Shown here: positions 8,128 to 18,380 of the stretch, piece after piece
Numbering within the stretch: position 1 is the stretch's first letter
How the letters are laid out: the number at the start of each line of letters is the position of its first letter
From: Clostridia bacterium
Lineage (GTDB): Bacteria > Bacillota > Clostridia > Oscillospirales > Acutalibacteraceae
Assembly (NCBI GenBank): GCA_017387475.1
Contig: JAFOFE010000034.1
Location: 1-56,546, forward strand
Reading direction: 5' to 3'
DNA length: 56,546 bases
Translations under genes and position numbers: made by a program
Notes under the pieces: generated by a model
Databases searched by the model: none
Seen by the model: only the letters and a program-made list of their open reading frames with translations
Told to the model about the DNA's origin: nothing

Positions 8128-10086
8128 GTGGCAGATATAAGGCTTTTACCCCAAAATATAGCAGAGCAAATAGCAGCAGGCGAAGTTGTTGAACGTCCTG
8201 CATCTGTTATTAAAGAGCTTGTCGAAAACTCAATAGACGCCGGCGCCGATAAAATCACTGTTGAAATTCAACGTGGTGGCATCGCATTTATGCGAGTTAC
8301 AGATAATGGCTGTGGTATAAAGCATAATCAGGTAAAAACTGCATTCTTGCGCCACGCTACAAGTAAAATCCAAACCGAAAACGATTTATATAGTATTGCA
8401 ACACTTGGCTTCAGGGGCGAAGCACTCGCATCAATAAGCACCGTGTCCCGAGTAGAGCTGCTTACAAAAACTGCCGAAGCCGAAAGTGGAAGCCGTTATG
8501 TAATTGAAGGTGGGAATGAAGTCAGCTTCGAAGAAATAGGTTGCCCACAAGGCACAACCATCATTATAAGAGATTTATTCTTCAATACCCCTGCAAGAAT
8601 GAAGTTCCTTAAAAAAGATGCATCCGAAGCTACTGCCGTTGCTACTGTGTTAGATGCAATTGCACTATCACACCCCGAAATATCCATTCGTTTTATAAAA
8701 GATTCTAAATCTGCCCTTGTTACTTCGGGCGACGGAAAGCTTTCATCTGCCATATACTCTGTTCTCGGCAGAGAGTTTTCTTCGGGTCTAATAGAAGCCG
8801 ATTCTACAACAACAGGAATCAGGGTTTCGGGTATGATTTCAAAGCCCGTTTATTGCAGACCTACAAGAAGCGCACAGTACTTCTTCTTAAACGGACGTTT
8901 TATCCGTTCGGGCGTGGTTGCTAAAGCGTTAGATCAGGCGTATAAAAATACAATTATGGTTGGCAAATTTCCTGCCTGTGTTTTAAATATTGAAATACCG
9001 CTTAACAGGGTAGACGTAAATGTGCATCCTGCAAAAACAGAAGTGCGCTTTTCCGACGAAAGAGCCGTGTTCGAAGCAGTGTATTATGCAGTTAAAAACG
9101 CCCTTTTGGCAGGGGATACACGCCCACAGCTTAACCTAGATACAAAACCACCCAAAAAGGAAGCCGAACCATTTACAAGAATGAGCGTGGCAGAATTTAA
9201 AAAGCTAAATTCTACCGAAACCGGCAAACCAACTGTGGCAGAACAGGTTTATAATATTGGTCAAACACCAAAATATCAACAGCCGGCTACTACATCTTTC
9301 AAAGATTTTGGTAAAACATTGGTATCCAATAAAACGGTTAACATTAGCTACACCGAAGAGCCTAAAAAACCTGTTTTAGAAACAAAACAGGCAGAACCAA
9401 AGCCTGCTTTTATTAAAATAGAAGAACCTCCAAAAACCGAAAAGCCTTATCAGCAAATTTTAGATATTGTTTTAGACGATGAAACAAAGTTCGAAAATGC
9501 AACCTTTATAGAAGAAAACGAAATTGAGTTTAAATATATCGGCGAAGCGTTCAGAACATATCTTATGGTTCAAAAGAAGGGCAGTATTTGGTTTATAGAT
9601 AAGCACGCAGCACACGAAAGACTGCTTTACAATAAGCTTAAAGCCGAAGGTGTAACCGAAGTGCAAACCCTGTTATCACCCGTATCGGTTACCTTATCTC
9701 GCGAAGAACACAGAGCAGTGCTCGATAATCTTGACCTTTTAAAGAAAAGTGGCTTCGAAGTAGAAGAATTCGGCACAGCATCGGTTCTTGTTCGTGCTGT
9801 ACCTGCTTCGCTGGTTAAAACAGATGTAATGTTCTTAATGTGTGATATTGCTGCAAATCTAGTTAAGTTCGGCAAAGCCGAAACCGATATATTAGATGAC
9901 CTCTACCACAATATTGCTTGCAGAAGTGCAGTCAAGGGTGGAAATTCACAGTCGGCAGCAGAGCTTGAAGAATTTGCAAAAAAAATATTAAGCGACAATT
10001 CCATAATGTATTGTCCACACGGACGTCCTGTGGCTTTCGAACTTAAAAAGAGCGAACTCGAAAAGCAGTTCGGCAGAACAAAGTAG
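8128..10086 (+). CDS. mutL: DNA mismatch repair protein MutL
   Basis: GTG start after GGAGA. IAAGEVVERPASVIKELVENSIDA GHKL ATPase motif, a Pro/Lys-rich linker and a C-terminal dimerisation/endonuclease region (FIDKHAAHER). Confidence 0.95.
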   Translation: MADIRLLPQNIAEQIAAGEVVERPASVIKELVENSIDAGADKITVEIQRGGIAFMRVTDNGCGIKHNQVKTAFLRHATSKIQTENDLYSIATLGFRGEALASISTVSRVELLTKTAEAESGSRYVIEGGNEVSFEEIGCPQGTTIIIRDLFFNTPARMKFLKKDASEATAVATVLDAIALSHPEISIRFIKDSKSALVTSGDGKLSSAIYSVLGREFSSGLIEADSTTTGIRVSGMISKPVYCRPTRSAQYFFLNGRFIRSGVVAKALDQAYKNTIMVGKFPACVLNIEIPLNRVDVNVHPAKTEVRFSDERAVFEAVYYAVKNALLAGDTRPQLNLDTKPPKKEAEPFTRMSVAEFKKLNSTETGKPTVAEQVYNIGQTPKYQQPATTSFKDFGKTLVSNKTVNISYTEEPKKPVLETKQAEPKPAFIKIEEPPKTEKPYQQILDIVLDDETKFENATFIEENEIEFKYIGEAFRTYLMVQKKGSIWFIDKHAAHERLLYNKLKAEGVTEVQTLLSPVSVTLSREEHRAVLDNLDLLKKSGFEVEEFGTASVLVRAVPASLVKTDVMFLMCDIAANLVKFGKAETDILDDLYHNIACRSAVKGGNSQSAAELEEFAKKILSDNSIMYCPHGRPVAFELKKSELEKQFGRTK

Positions 10087-10094
10087 GGACAGCC

Positions 10095-11030
10095 ATGGAA
10101 AAAATACCGGTAATAGCAGTTGTAGGACCTACTGCATCGGGTAAAACAGGTCTTGCAATAGAACTTGCAAAAGAACTGGATGCCGAAATAATATCTTTCG
10201 ATTCAATGCAAATATATAAGGGAATGCATATAGCATCTGCAGCACCCGACACCGAAGAAATGCAGGGCGTTGCACACCACCTTATAGAATTCTTAAACCC
10301 CGACCAAAGCTTTTCGGTTGCCGATTTTGTAAAAATAGCAAAAGAAAAGGTGCAAGATATTTTATCAAGGGGTAAAAGGGTAATTATCGCAGGTGGAACG
10401 GGGCTTTATGTAAATTCTTTCCTTAATAACATAAGCTTTAGCGAAGAAGAACAAAACCCCGAACTTCGCCAAAAACTTAATAATGAGTTCGATACTGTAG
10501 GTGGCGAAGAAATGCTTAAGAAATTAAGCGAGTTCGACCCTATAACAGCAGCAAGCTTACACCCCAACAACAAAAAAAGAATTGTAAGAGCCTTCGAAAT
10601 TTATATTTCAACAGGTACTACAATGGCTGAACAAATAGAAAAATCTACTTCAGAAGAAAGTCCGTACAAGCCCTTCATAATAGGCTTAACCTACGAAAAC
10701 AGGGAAGAACTTTACGGCAGAATAAATAAAAGAGTAGATATTATGCTTCAAAACGGGCTTTTAAATGAAGCCTTGCAAATGTATAATAGCAATAACAGTT
10801 CTACTGCCGTTCAGGCTATTGGACACAAAGAATTCTTCCCATATTTTAAAGAAGAAATTTCTTTAGAAGAAGCAGTAGAAAACCTTAAAAGAGAAACAAG
10901 AAGATACGCTAAAAGACAGCTTACTTGGTTTCGCAGAGATGAGCGTGTTAATTGGATATATCGCGATAAAGAAAGCGATATTCTGTTAGCAGCAAAAAAA
11001 ATACTTGAAAGGAATGGTTATTTTGGATAA
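10095..11030 (+). CDS. miaA: tRNA dimethylallyltransferase MiaA
   Basis: P-loop VVGPTASGKT, SFDSMQIYKGMHIASA, and RRYAKRQLTWFR near the C-terminus. Confidence 0.95.
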   Translation: MEKIPVIAVVGPTASGKTGLAIELAKELDAEIISFDSMQIYKGMHIASAAPDTEEMQGVAHHLIEFLNPDQSFSVADFVKIAKEKVQDILSRGKRVIIAGGTGLYVNSFLNNISFSEEEQNPELRQKLNNEFDTVGGEEMLKKLSEFDPITAASLHPNNKKRIVRAFEIYISTGTTMAEQIEKSTSEESPYKPFIIGLTYENREELYGRINKRVDIMLQNGLLNEALQMYNSNNSSTAVQAIGHKEFFPYFKEEISLEEAVENLKRETRRYAKRQLTWFRRDERVNWIYRDKESDILLAAKKILERNGYFG

Positions 11031-12231
11031 ACGTCGCAAACTAATAAGCTTTGCATTAATTGTCGCAATAATTATGTTTTTGGCTTATCAGTATTATGTA
11101 AGTGTCTACGCTGCAGTTAAAACCGAATCGGCAGAACAATTTAAATATACCGAAGGCGTAGAAACCGTAGGCACATTTATCCGAAGCGAAATGACCATTA
11201 CTTCAAATCATATCGGCACAGTTCACTTTGTAGTTTCTAATGGCGAAAAGGTGGCAAAAGACGGAACGATTGCTAAAATATATCAAAGCGATTCTGCATC
11301 TGCTGCTGCATCCCGTATAAATGAAATAGATGAACAGCTAGCAGTTATTGCCGAAATCGAAGGCTATAACGATTCAACAGCAGTAGATGTCGATACTATT
11401 AATGAAAGAATAACAAAGCACCTAAATAACTTCGTTTATACCGTGCAAGACGGCAGATTTTCTGACATTGGCAACAGCGTTTCCGACCTTCTTACCATGA
11501 TGACAAGAAAACAGGTTGCAACAGGTGAACAAAGCGATTTTAGTTCTTTAAAACTTGCCCTTACCGAAGAAAAGCAAGCCCTTTCTGCCAGTATGGGAAC
11601 TGCACAAGGGAGTATAATTTCTCCAAAATCAGGTTATTTTGTATCCGATGCCGATGGATATGAAACAGTTTTAGATGTTAAAAATATAGGCGAATATACA
11701 CCTGAATTTTTAAAGGAACTAAAACCCCAAAACATAGAAGAAAATGTTATAGGTAAAATAGTTTACGATTACGAATGGTATATTGCAGCACCTGTAAGTA
11801 TTAGCGATTCGATGTTCTACAAGGTAGGACAAACCGTTACACTTAAAACCGATACCACAGCTTCACCAAGAATTTTGGCAACGGTTGAAACAATTAATCT
11901 TTCAAAAAAAGGTAACGATGCTACCTTAATACTTAAGGTTAGCGAAATGAATAGCGAGCTAGCTTCAATGAGAAGTGGAAACATCACAATAATTAAAGAT
12001 GAGTACGAAGGCATTAAGGTTAAAGGCTCGGCGCTTCGTGTGGTAGATTCCGTAACAGGCGTTTATGTAGTTTCGGGTATGGAAGCAAAGTTTGTTGCAA
12101 TCGATATAGTTTACTCTACCGAAGACTATACAATTTGTGCCTTAAACACTTCCGATACATCTAAACTCAGGCTTTACGATGAAATTATAGTGAAAGGTAA
12201 AAATCTTTACGATGGAAAAATCATTTATTAG
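11014..12231 (+). CDS. Membrane-anchored HlyD-like (barrel-sandwich / membrane-fusion fold) protein, function unknown
   Basis: One N-terminal TM, a lipoyl-like GTVHFVVSNGEKVAKDGTIAKIY hairpin, a short coiled segment and a beta-rich C-terminus. The start is ambiguous (TTG 11005, ATG 11014, TTG 11023) and overlaps the end of miaA. Confidence 0.6.
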   Translation: MVILDKRRKLISFALIVAIIMFLAYQYYVSVYAAVKTESAEQFKYTEGVETVGTFIRSEMTITSNHIGTVHFVVSNGEKVAKDGTIAKIYQSDSASAAASRINEIDEQLAVIAEIEGYNDSTAVDVDTINERITKHLNNFVYTVQDGRFSDIGNSVSDLLTMMTRKQVATGEQSDFSSLKLALTEEKQALSASMGTAQGSIISPKSGYFVSDADGYETVLDVKNIGEYTPEFLKELKPQNIEENVIGKIVYDYEWYIAAPVSISDSMFYKVGQTVTLKTDTTASPRILATVETINLSKKGNDATLILKVSEMNSELASMRSGNITIIKDEYEGIKVKGSALRVVDSVTGVYVVSGMEAKFVAIDIVYSTEDYTICALNTSDTSKLRLYDEIIVKGKNLYDGKIIY

Positions 12232-12919
12232 TTTTAATGAAAACTATAAAGAAATTGAAGAAAACATAAAAAAGGCTGCCGAAAAGTCGGGAAGACGCCG
12301 TGAAGATATAATACTTCTTGCTGCAACCAAAACCGTTTCGCCCGAACTTATAAATCATGCAATTTCTTCGGGTATTAACTATATTGGCGAAAACCGTGTG
12401 CAAGAATTTCTTTCTAAAGAAGATGCCTTGTCTACAGATGCTCACAGACATTTTATAGGACACCTGCAGTCAAACAAGGTAAAAGATATTGTTGGTAAGG
12501 TTGAAATGATACAGTCGGTGCATTCTGTAAAGCTTGCAAAACTTATTGGCAAACTTTCAAACGAAAAGGGAATAGTAACCGATATCTTGCTTGAAGTAAA
12601 CATTGGCAAAGAAGAAAATAAAAGTGGTTTTTTAAAGGAAGAACTGCAGCAAGCAATAGAAGAAGTTTCTAAAATTGAAGGCGTAAAGCTTCGTGGACTT
12701 ATGACAATTCCACCTGTTTGCGAAAATTCTTGCGATGCAATACCTTTTTTTGAAGAAATGTATAAACTGTTTATTGACAACAGGGACAAAAAAATAGATA
12801 ATGTTAGTATGGACTATCTGTCTATGGGAATGTCGTCTGATTATGCCGAAGCCATAATGTGTGGAAGCAATATTGTAAGAATAGGCACATCCCTTTTTGG
12901 CGCACGTAATTATAATTAA
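12212..12919 (+). CDS. ylmE: YggS/YlmE-family pyridoxal-phosphate homeostasis protein
   Basis: LLAATKTV (PLP Lys), IGENRVQE, HFIGHLQSNKVK, LSMGMSSDY. Confidence 0.9.
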   Translation: MEKSFISFNENYKEIEENIKKAAEKSGRRREDIILLAATKTVSPELINHAISSGINYIGENRVQEFLSKEDALSTDAHRHFIGHLQSNKVKDIVGKVEMIQSVHSVKLAKLIGKLSNEKGIVTDILLEVNIGKEENKSGFLKEELQQAIEEVSKIEGVKLRGLMTIPPVCENSCDAIPFFEEMYKLFIDNRDKKIDNVSMDYLSMGMSSDYAEAIMCGSNIVRIGTSLFGARNYN

Positions 12920-12940
12920 CATATATTAAGGAGAATGAAA

Positions 12941-13396
12941 ATGGCACTTAAAGACATTTGGAATAATTTGGTTAACATTAATGAAAACGACCTTGACGAA
13001 GGTTATTCCGAAGAAAATAACGAAGAAACTACCGAACCCGAAGTTCGCGTTAAAAGAGAGCCTGTTCAAAGAAGAAGCTTTGTAGAAAGACGCAGCAACA
13101 CAGCACAAACCACAACAGGTGCTATGAAGGTTGTAATTGTACGCCCCGAAATGTTCGATGAAGTTGCAAACATTGCAGACCATCTTGTACAGGGCAAAAC
13201 AATTGTATTAAATCTTGAAACTGCAAACAGAGATGTTGCGCGCCGTATAGTAGACTTTATGAGTGGCGCAGCTTACGCTCTTGCTTGCAAATTAAAGAAA
13301 ATTGCAAACAACACATTTATCATTGTTCCCGAACAAACCGACATTGCAGGAGAACTTATGCTCGACGATTTCAGCGAGCAAAACTATTATGAATAA
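12941..13396 (+). CDS. sepF: Cell division protein SepF (YlmF)
   Basis: Conserved C-terminal domain VVIVRPEMFDEVANIADHLVQGKTIVLNLE…RIVDFMSGAAYAL. ATG 12941 has the best spacing from AAGGAG. Confidence 0.9.
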   Translation: MALKDIWNNLVNINENDLDEGYSEENNEETTEPEVRVKREPVQRRSFVERRSNTAQTTTGAMKVVIVRPEMFDEVANIADHLVQGKTIVLNLETANRDVARRIVDFMSGAAYALACKLKKIANNTFIIVPEQTDIAGELMLDDFSEQNYYE

Positions 13397-14133
13397 TGGA
13401 AAGCCTAATAGCATCCAGAATTCAAGATGCGTATAAAATTTGCAATAATGCATCTATACCAAAATTTGTTGGTTTTTTAAGACCGGAAGAAACAGCAGTG
13501 GTTGCTTCGCAAACGGTACACTATAACCTAAAACACCTTTTATTCGGTGGCTATGAAAATGCCGAAAGGGTGTTTTTCGGCGTTTTCCCAAACTGGTGCG
13601 AAGAAGATACTACACTGTTTCCAATAACGGCTTTAACCTTTACTTACCGTAAGGTAGATACCCTTTCACATCGCGATTTTTTAGGTTCCTTTATGGCACT
13701 TGGCATTACAAGAGAATCGGTGGGAGATATTCTTATAGAAGAGGGTAGGGCAGTTGCTTTTTTCACAAAAGAAGTAGCAGTTTATGTTAAAGAACAAATA
13801 AGAAAAATCGGTAGGGTCGGCGTAGATATTCAAGAAGGCTATACAGGCACCCTTCCCGGAAGGTCAAGCTTTGCCGAAGTTACCGATACTGTGGCGTCAG
13901 CAAGACTAGACTGTGTAGTGGCAGCCCTTGCAGGCGTTTCAAGAAACACGGCAGCAGAATTAATAGAACAAAAGCTAGTAACACTTAATTCTGTATGTGC
14001 CGAAAAAACCGTAACAATTATCAAGAATGCAGATACGTTAAGTATTCGTGGTAAAGGTAAATTTATAATAGATTCTATAGACGAACAAACAAAAAAAGGT
14101 CGTCTTAAAATAAAGGCTAAAAAGTATATATAA
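13396..14133 (+). CDS. ylmH: YlmH-like S4-domain RNA-binding protein
   Basis: Position after sepF (TAATG overlap). C-terminal S4-like ARLDCVVAALAGVSRNTAAELIEQKLVTLN. Confidence 0.8.
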   Translation: MESLIASRIQDAYKICNNASIPKFVGFLRPEETAVVASQTVHYNLKHLLFGGYENAERVFFGVFPNWCEEDTTLFPITALTFTYRKVDTLSHRDFLGSFMALGITRESVGDILIEEGRAVAFFTKEVAVYVKEQIRKIGRVGVDIQEGYTGTLPGRSSFAEVTDTVASARLDCVVAALAGVSRNTAAELIEQKLVTLNSVCAEKTVTIIKNADTLSIRGKGKFIIDSIDEQTKKGRLKIKAKKYI

Positions 14134-14146
14134 TGGGGGTAAAATT

Positions 14147-15064
14147 ATGTTACTAAACGCAAAAAACATTAAAGATGCAGTATTTGCTACATCTATGAGT
14201 GGCTACAAGAAAGATGAAGTAGATGCCCTGCTCGATAAAATTTATGAAGATTACAGACTTTTCGAAGAAAAACTTGTAGAAAAGCAAAACAAAATAGCAG
14301 AGCTTGAAAAGGAACTTTCCGAAAAGTCAAGTTCAATGAACAGCATTAACACTGTTTTATTAAGCGCTCAAAAGCTTGCAGACGAAATAGTTGAAAAGTC
14401 AAAAATAGAAGCTAAAGAGGTTGTAGACGCTGCTAATATCGAAGCCGAAAACATTAAGCTTCGCACCAAAAAGGCGCTCGAAGAAATCGATTCCGTTTTA
14501 ACCGAACAAAGAAACAGCGCACAAGCACAGGTAGATATTATGCTTGAAGAAGCTGCAAGAAAGTCCGAAGGAATGATTCTTGCTGCTAAAGACTCTGTTA
14601 CAAGAGAACAACTTCTTTTCGATAAGTTAAAGTCCGAAGTTGCAGAATTTAAGCACGAAATTAAGGAAACCTACAAAAAGCACCTTGAATCTTTATCTAA
14701 GCTTCCCGAAGAGGTAGTTTTAAACCCCGAACTTGCCGCTTCCACTATTGAAGACATAATTAATAAAGAACCCGACCTTTTAAGATTTATAGAAAAAACT
14801 CCGGTTGTTGTACCCGAAGTAGTAACTGAAGAAAGCACCGAAGAAGAAACCGAAACTGCCGAAGAAGAAACCGATATGGATATGGCAAAAACACAGGTAG
14901 TTGAACTTCCTTCTTCACTTTTCGAAACTAGCGATAAAGAAGAAAACACATCAAAAGGCTTTGTAATTGAAACAGTAGAAGACGATGACGCCGAAGAAGA
15001 CGACGATGATGACGACAACGACGGTCCTACCTTTTCAAAAGGCTTTTTTGCAAAAAATAAATAA
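14147..15064 (+). CDS. divIVA: DivIVA-domain cell division/polarity protein with an acidic tail
   Basis: N-terminal I.DAVF…SMSGYKKDEVDALLD DivIVA motif, long coiled coil, C-terminal EDDDAEEDDDDDDND. Confidence 0.85.
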   Translation: MLLNAKNIKDAVFATSMSGYKKDEVDALLDKIYEDYRLFEEKLVEKQNKIAELEKELSEKSSSMNSINTVLLSAQKLADEIVEKSKIEAKEVVDAANIEAENIKLRTKKALEEIDSVLTEQRNSAQAQVDIMLEEAARKSEGMILAAKDSVTREQLLFDKLKSEVAEFKHEIKETYKKHLESLSKLPEEVVLNPELAASTIEDIINKEPDLLRFIEKTPVVVPEVVTEESTEEETETAEEETDMDMAKTQVVELPSSLFETSDKEENTSKGFVIETVEDDDAEEDDDDDDNDGPTFSKGFFAKNK

Positions 15065-15085
15065 TTCTTTTAGGAGATAAACATA

Positions 15086-17887
15086 ATGCAACAGCAAGAT
15101 TACAACAAAACTTTAAACCTGCCCGTAACCGAATTCCCAATGCGCGCAGGACTTCCCACTCGTGAGCCCGAAGCTTTAAAGCAGTGGCAAGACGAAGACG
15201 TTTATGGCGAGCTTTTAAAGCTCAACGAAGGCAAACCCGAATATATCCTTCACGATGGCCCTCCATACGCAAACGGAATTATTCATATGGGTACAGCTCT
15301 TAACAAATCTCTTAAGGACTTTGTAGTTCGTTATAAGAATATGACAGGCTTCAAAGCACCCTTTGTTCCCGGTTACGATACACACGGTCTTCCTACCGAG
15401 CTTAAAGCAAGAAAAGCTGCAGGTATGAAATCTAGTGAACGTGTTTCTGCTTTAGAACTTCGCAAAATGTGTAAAGAATTTGCAGTTAACTTTGCAGAAG
15501 ATCAAAGAAAGCAGTTCGAACGTCTTGGCGTACTTGGCGAATGGGATAACCCATATTTAACCCTTAAAAACGAATATGTAGCAAAGCAAATCGAAGTATT
15601 CGGCAAAATGGCAGAAAAAGGCTATATTTATAAAGGTCTTAAGCCTGTTTATTGGTGCTCCGACTGTCAAACTGCACTTGCAGAAGCAGAAATCGAATAC
15701 GCAGAAGATCCTTGCTATTCCATCTATGTTAAATTCCCCGTTAAAGAAGACAAGGGCGTTCTTTCGGGCCTTGGTGTAGATCCTAGCAAAACCTACTTTG
15801 TAATTTGGACAACAACAACTTGGACCTTACCTGCAAACCTTGCTATTTGCGTAGGACCCGAGTATGAATATTCTGTTGTAAAATATCAAGACGAATATTA
15901 CATTATGGCAACCGAACTCGTAGAAACTTCTATGGCTGCAGCCGAAAAAGAAGGCTACGAAATCGTGGCTAAAATCAAGGGTTCCGAACTTGAATATATG
16001 GTTGCTCGCCACCCCTTCATCGATCGCGATTCTTTAATTATCGTTGGCGACCACGTTACACTCGAAAGCGGTACAGGCTGCGTTCATACAGCTCCCGGCC
16101 ACGGTGTTGACGACTTTGAAGTTTGCCGTAAATATAAAGAAATCGGTATGGTAGTACCCGTAGATAACAAGGGTATCCTAACCGAAGAAGCAGGTATGTT
16201 CTCCGGTCTTTCTACCGACGATGCAAACAAGAAAATTGCTGTTTGGCTCGACGAAAACGGCTACCTCTTCGCACTTAAAAAGATTATCCACCAATATCCT
16301 CACTGCTGGAGATGTAAGAACCCCATTTTATTCCGTGCAACTGAACAGTGGTTCTGCTCAATTTCTTCCTTTGCCGACCAGGCAGTAAAAGAAATTGAAA
16401 AGGTACGTTGGGTTCCCGAATGGGGCGAAGGCAGAATTACAGGAATGGTTAAAGACCGTAGCGACTGGTGTATTTCTCGTCAGCGCACATGGGGTGTTCC
16501 TATTCCTATGTTCTATTGTGAAGATTGTGGTAAGGAATACATTACTACAGACTCTATTGCAAAGGTTGCAGACATCTTCCGTAAAGAAGGTGCAGATGCT
16601 TGGTATGCAATGGATGCAAATGACCTTATCGTAGAAGGCGCTAAATGTTCTTGTGGCTGCACCAAGTTTAAAAAGGAAACCGATATTATGGACGTTTGGT
16701 TCGATTCCGGTGTTTCCCATGCTGCAGTACTCGATAACCGTGGTTATTTAAGCAAACCTGCAGACCTTTATTTAGAAGGTGCAGACCAATATCGTGGTTG
16801 GTTCCAGTCTTCACTCTTAACCTCTGTTGCAACCGACGGAATTGCTCCTTACAAAACCGTTGTTACACACGGTTGGGTTGTAGACGGCGAAGGCAAGAAG
16901 ATGTCTAAATCTCTTGGCAACACCATCATCCCCGACGATATCGTTAAGCAGTACGGCGCAGATATCCTTCGTCTTTGGGTTGCTTCCAGCGACTATCATG
17001 CAGATATCCGTGTATCAGGCGATATCTTAAAGCAACTTTCCGAAATTTATCGTAAAATCAGAAATACTGCAAGATTCATTCTTGGTAATATTTCCGACTT
17101 TAATCCTAATACCGATATGGTAGCAGATACTGCACTCGAAGAAATTGACCATTGGGCATTAATGCGTCTTGACGAAGTTGTTAAGACCTGCCGTGAAGCT
17201 TATGAAAACTTCGAATATCATATCATTTTCCACGCTATCCACAACTTCTGCGTTATCGATATGTCTAACTTCTATCTTGATGTATTAAAGGATAGACTTT
17301 ATGTAGAAGCAAAAGACAGCGCAACAAGAAGAGCAGCTCAAACAGCAATGTACAAAATACTCGATACAATCGCTCGTCTTGTATCTCCCATCTTGGCATT
17401 CACAGCCGACGAAATTTGGCAGTTTATGCCCCACACCGACGATGTAGATGCACGTCACGTTGTTTATAACTCAATCCCCGAAGCAAAGGGCGAGTATGAC
17501 GAAGAATTTATGGCTCGTTGGGCAAAAATTCACGAAATGCGCGACGACGTTAAGAAGGCTCTCGAACTTGCTCGTGCCGAAAAGGTAATAGGCGCTTCTC
17601 TTGACGCTAAAGTTACCCTTTATGCAGAAGGCGAACTTTATAACTTCGCTCAAAGCGTAAAAGATATCCTTCCCACCGTATTTATGGTTTCCGATTTTGA
17701 ACTTGTTGAAGGTCAGGGTGGAAGCTTTAATGGTGAAGTTGAAGGTATGAGCGTTACTGCCGTTCACGCAGATGGCGAAAAGTGCGCTCGTTGCTGGTCC
17801 TTCGGCAACACCGTAGGCAACAATGCCGATCATCCTGCTATCTGTGCACGCTGTGCAGAAGTTATTAAAACAATAGATTTCAACTAA
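15086..17887 (+). CDS. ileS: Isoleucyl-tRNA synthetase
   Basis: 933 aa. HIGH-type PPYANGIIHMGT, KMSKS (KKMSKSLGN), CP1 editing domain, C-terminal Zn-finger CARCW…CARC. Confidence 0.97.
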   Translation: MQQQDYNKTLNLPVTEFPMRAGLPTREPEALKQWQDEDVYGELLKLNEGKPEYILHDGPPYANGIIHMGTALNKSLKDFVVRYKNMTGFKAPFVPGYDTHGLPTELKARKAAGMKSSERVSALELRKMCKEFAVNFAEDQRKQFERLGVLGEWDNPYLTLKNEYVAKQIEVFGKMAEKGYIYKGLKPVYWCSDCQTALAEAEIEYAEDPCYSIYVKFPVKEDKGVLSGLGVDPSKTYFVIWTTTTWTLPANLAICVGPEYEYSVVKYQDEYYIMATELVETSMAAAEKEGYEIVAKIKGSELEYMVARHPFIDRDSLIIVGDHVTLESGTGCVHTAPGHGVDDFEVCRKYKEIGMVVPVDNKGILTEEAGMFSGLSTDDANKKIAVWLDENGYLFALKKIIHQYPHCWRCKNPILFRATEQWFCSISSFADQAVKEIEKVRWVPEWGEGRITGMVKDRSDWCISRQRTWGVPIPMFYCEDCGKEYITTDSIAKVADIFRKEGADAWYAMDANDLIVEGAKCSCGCTKFKKETDIMDVWFDSGVSHAAVLDNRGYLSKPADLYLEGADQYRGWFQSSLLTSVATDGIAPYKTVVTHGWVVDGEGKKMSKSLGNTIIPDDIVKQYGADILRLWVASSDYHADIRVSGDILKQLSEIYRKIRNTARFILGNISDFNPNTDMVADTALEEIDHWALMRLDEVVKTCREAYENFEYHIIFHAIHNFCVIDMSNFYLDVLKDRLYVEAKDSATRRAAQTAMYKILDTIARLVSPILAFTADEIWQFMPHTDDVDARHVVYNSIPEAKGEYDEEFMARWAKIHEMRDDVKKALELARAEKVIGASLDAKVTLYAEGELYNFAQSVKDILPTVFMVSDFELVEGQGGSFNGEVEGMSVTAVHADGEKCARCWSFGNTVGNNADHPAICARCAEVIKTIDFN

Positions 17888-17903
17888 ATTCGGAGGCTTT
17901 GTT

Positions 17904-18380
17904 TTGTCTTTCGTTTTGGCAATAATTACGGCGGCGATTTTTCTCGCCGCCGACCAGATAACCAAATACATTGTTATTTCAAATATGGAACTTGGGCAGT
18001 CCATCGATTTTATCGACGGTCTGCTTGATTTTACCTATATTCATAACGACGGTGGCGCTTGGGGCATCTTCGGTGGCAGCCGTTGGTTCCTAATAGCCTT
18101 TACTGCTATCATTATGGTTGTGTTCCTGGCGCTTTTAATTAAAAACAAAACAAAAAACGCTCTTTTCTTTTGGGCAGGCACATTAATACTTTCGGGTGGA
18201 ATAGGAAATATGATAGACCGTGTTTTCAGGGACGGTAAGGTTATAGATTTCCTTCATGCCACCTTTATAAACTTCCCCATATTCAATGTGGCAGACTGTG
18301 CCGTTGTAATAGGCGCAGGGCTTTTAATCCTTTACTTTGTTCTCGATATGAAGAACGATATTAAAAAGGAAAAAGAATAA
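17904..18380 (+). CDS. lspA: Lipoprotein signal peptidase II
   Basis: TTG start after GGAGG. NDGGAWGIF, GGIGNMIDRV, FNVADCAV. Confidence 0.9.
   Translation: MSFVLAIITAAIFLAADQITKYIVISNMELGQSIDFIDGLLDFTYIHNDGGAWGIFGGSRWFLIAFTAIIMVVFLALLIKNKTKNALFFWAGTLILSGGIGNMIDRVFRDGKVIDFLHATFINFPIFNVADCAVVIGAGLLILYFVLDMKNDIKKEKE

Noticed and set aside
17471-18004. 177-aa antisense ORF across the ileS / lspA junction. Similar long antisense ORFs lie at 36903-37397, 47688-48182, 45638-46006, 14671-15018, 12442-12789 and elsewhere.
   Set aside because: They are shadow ORFs on the opposite strand of strongly supported genes. They have low-complexity or odd composition, no RBS and no recognisable motifs.
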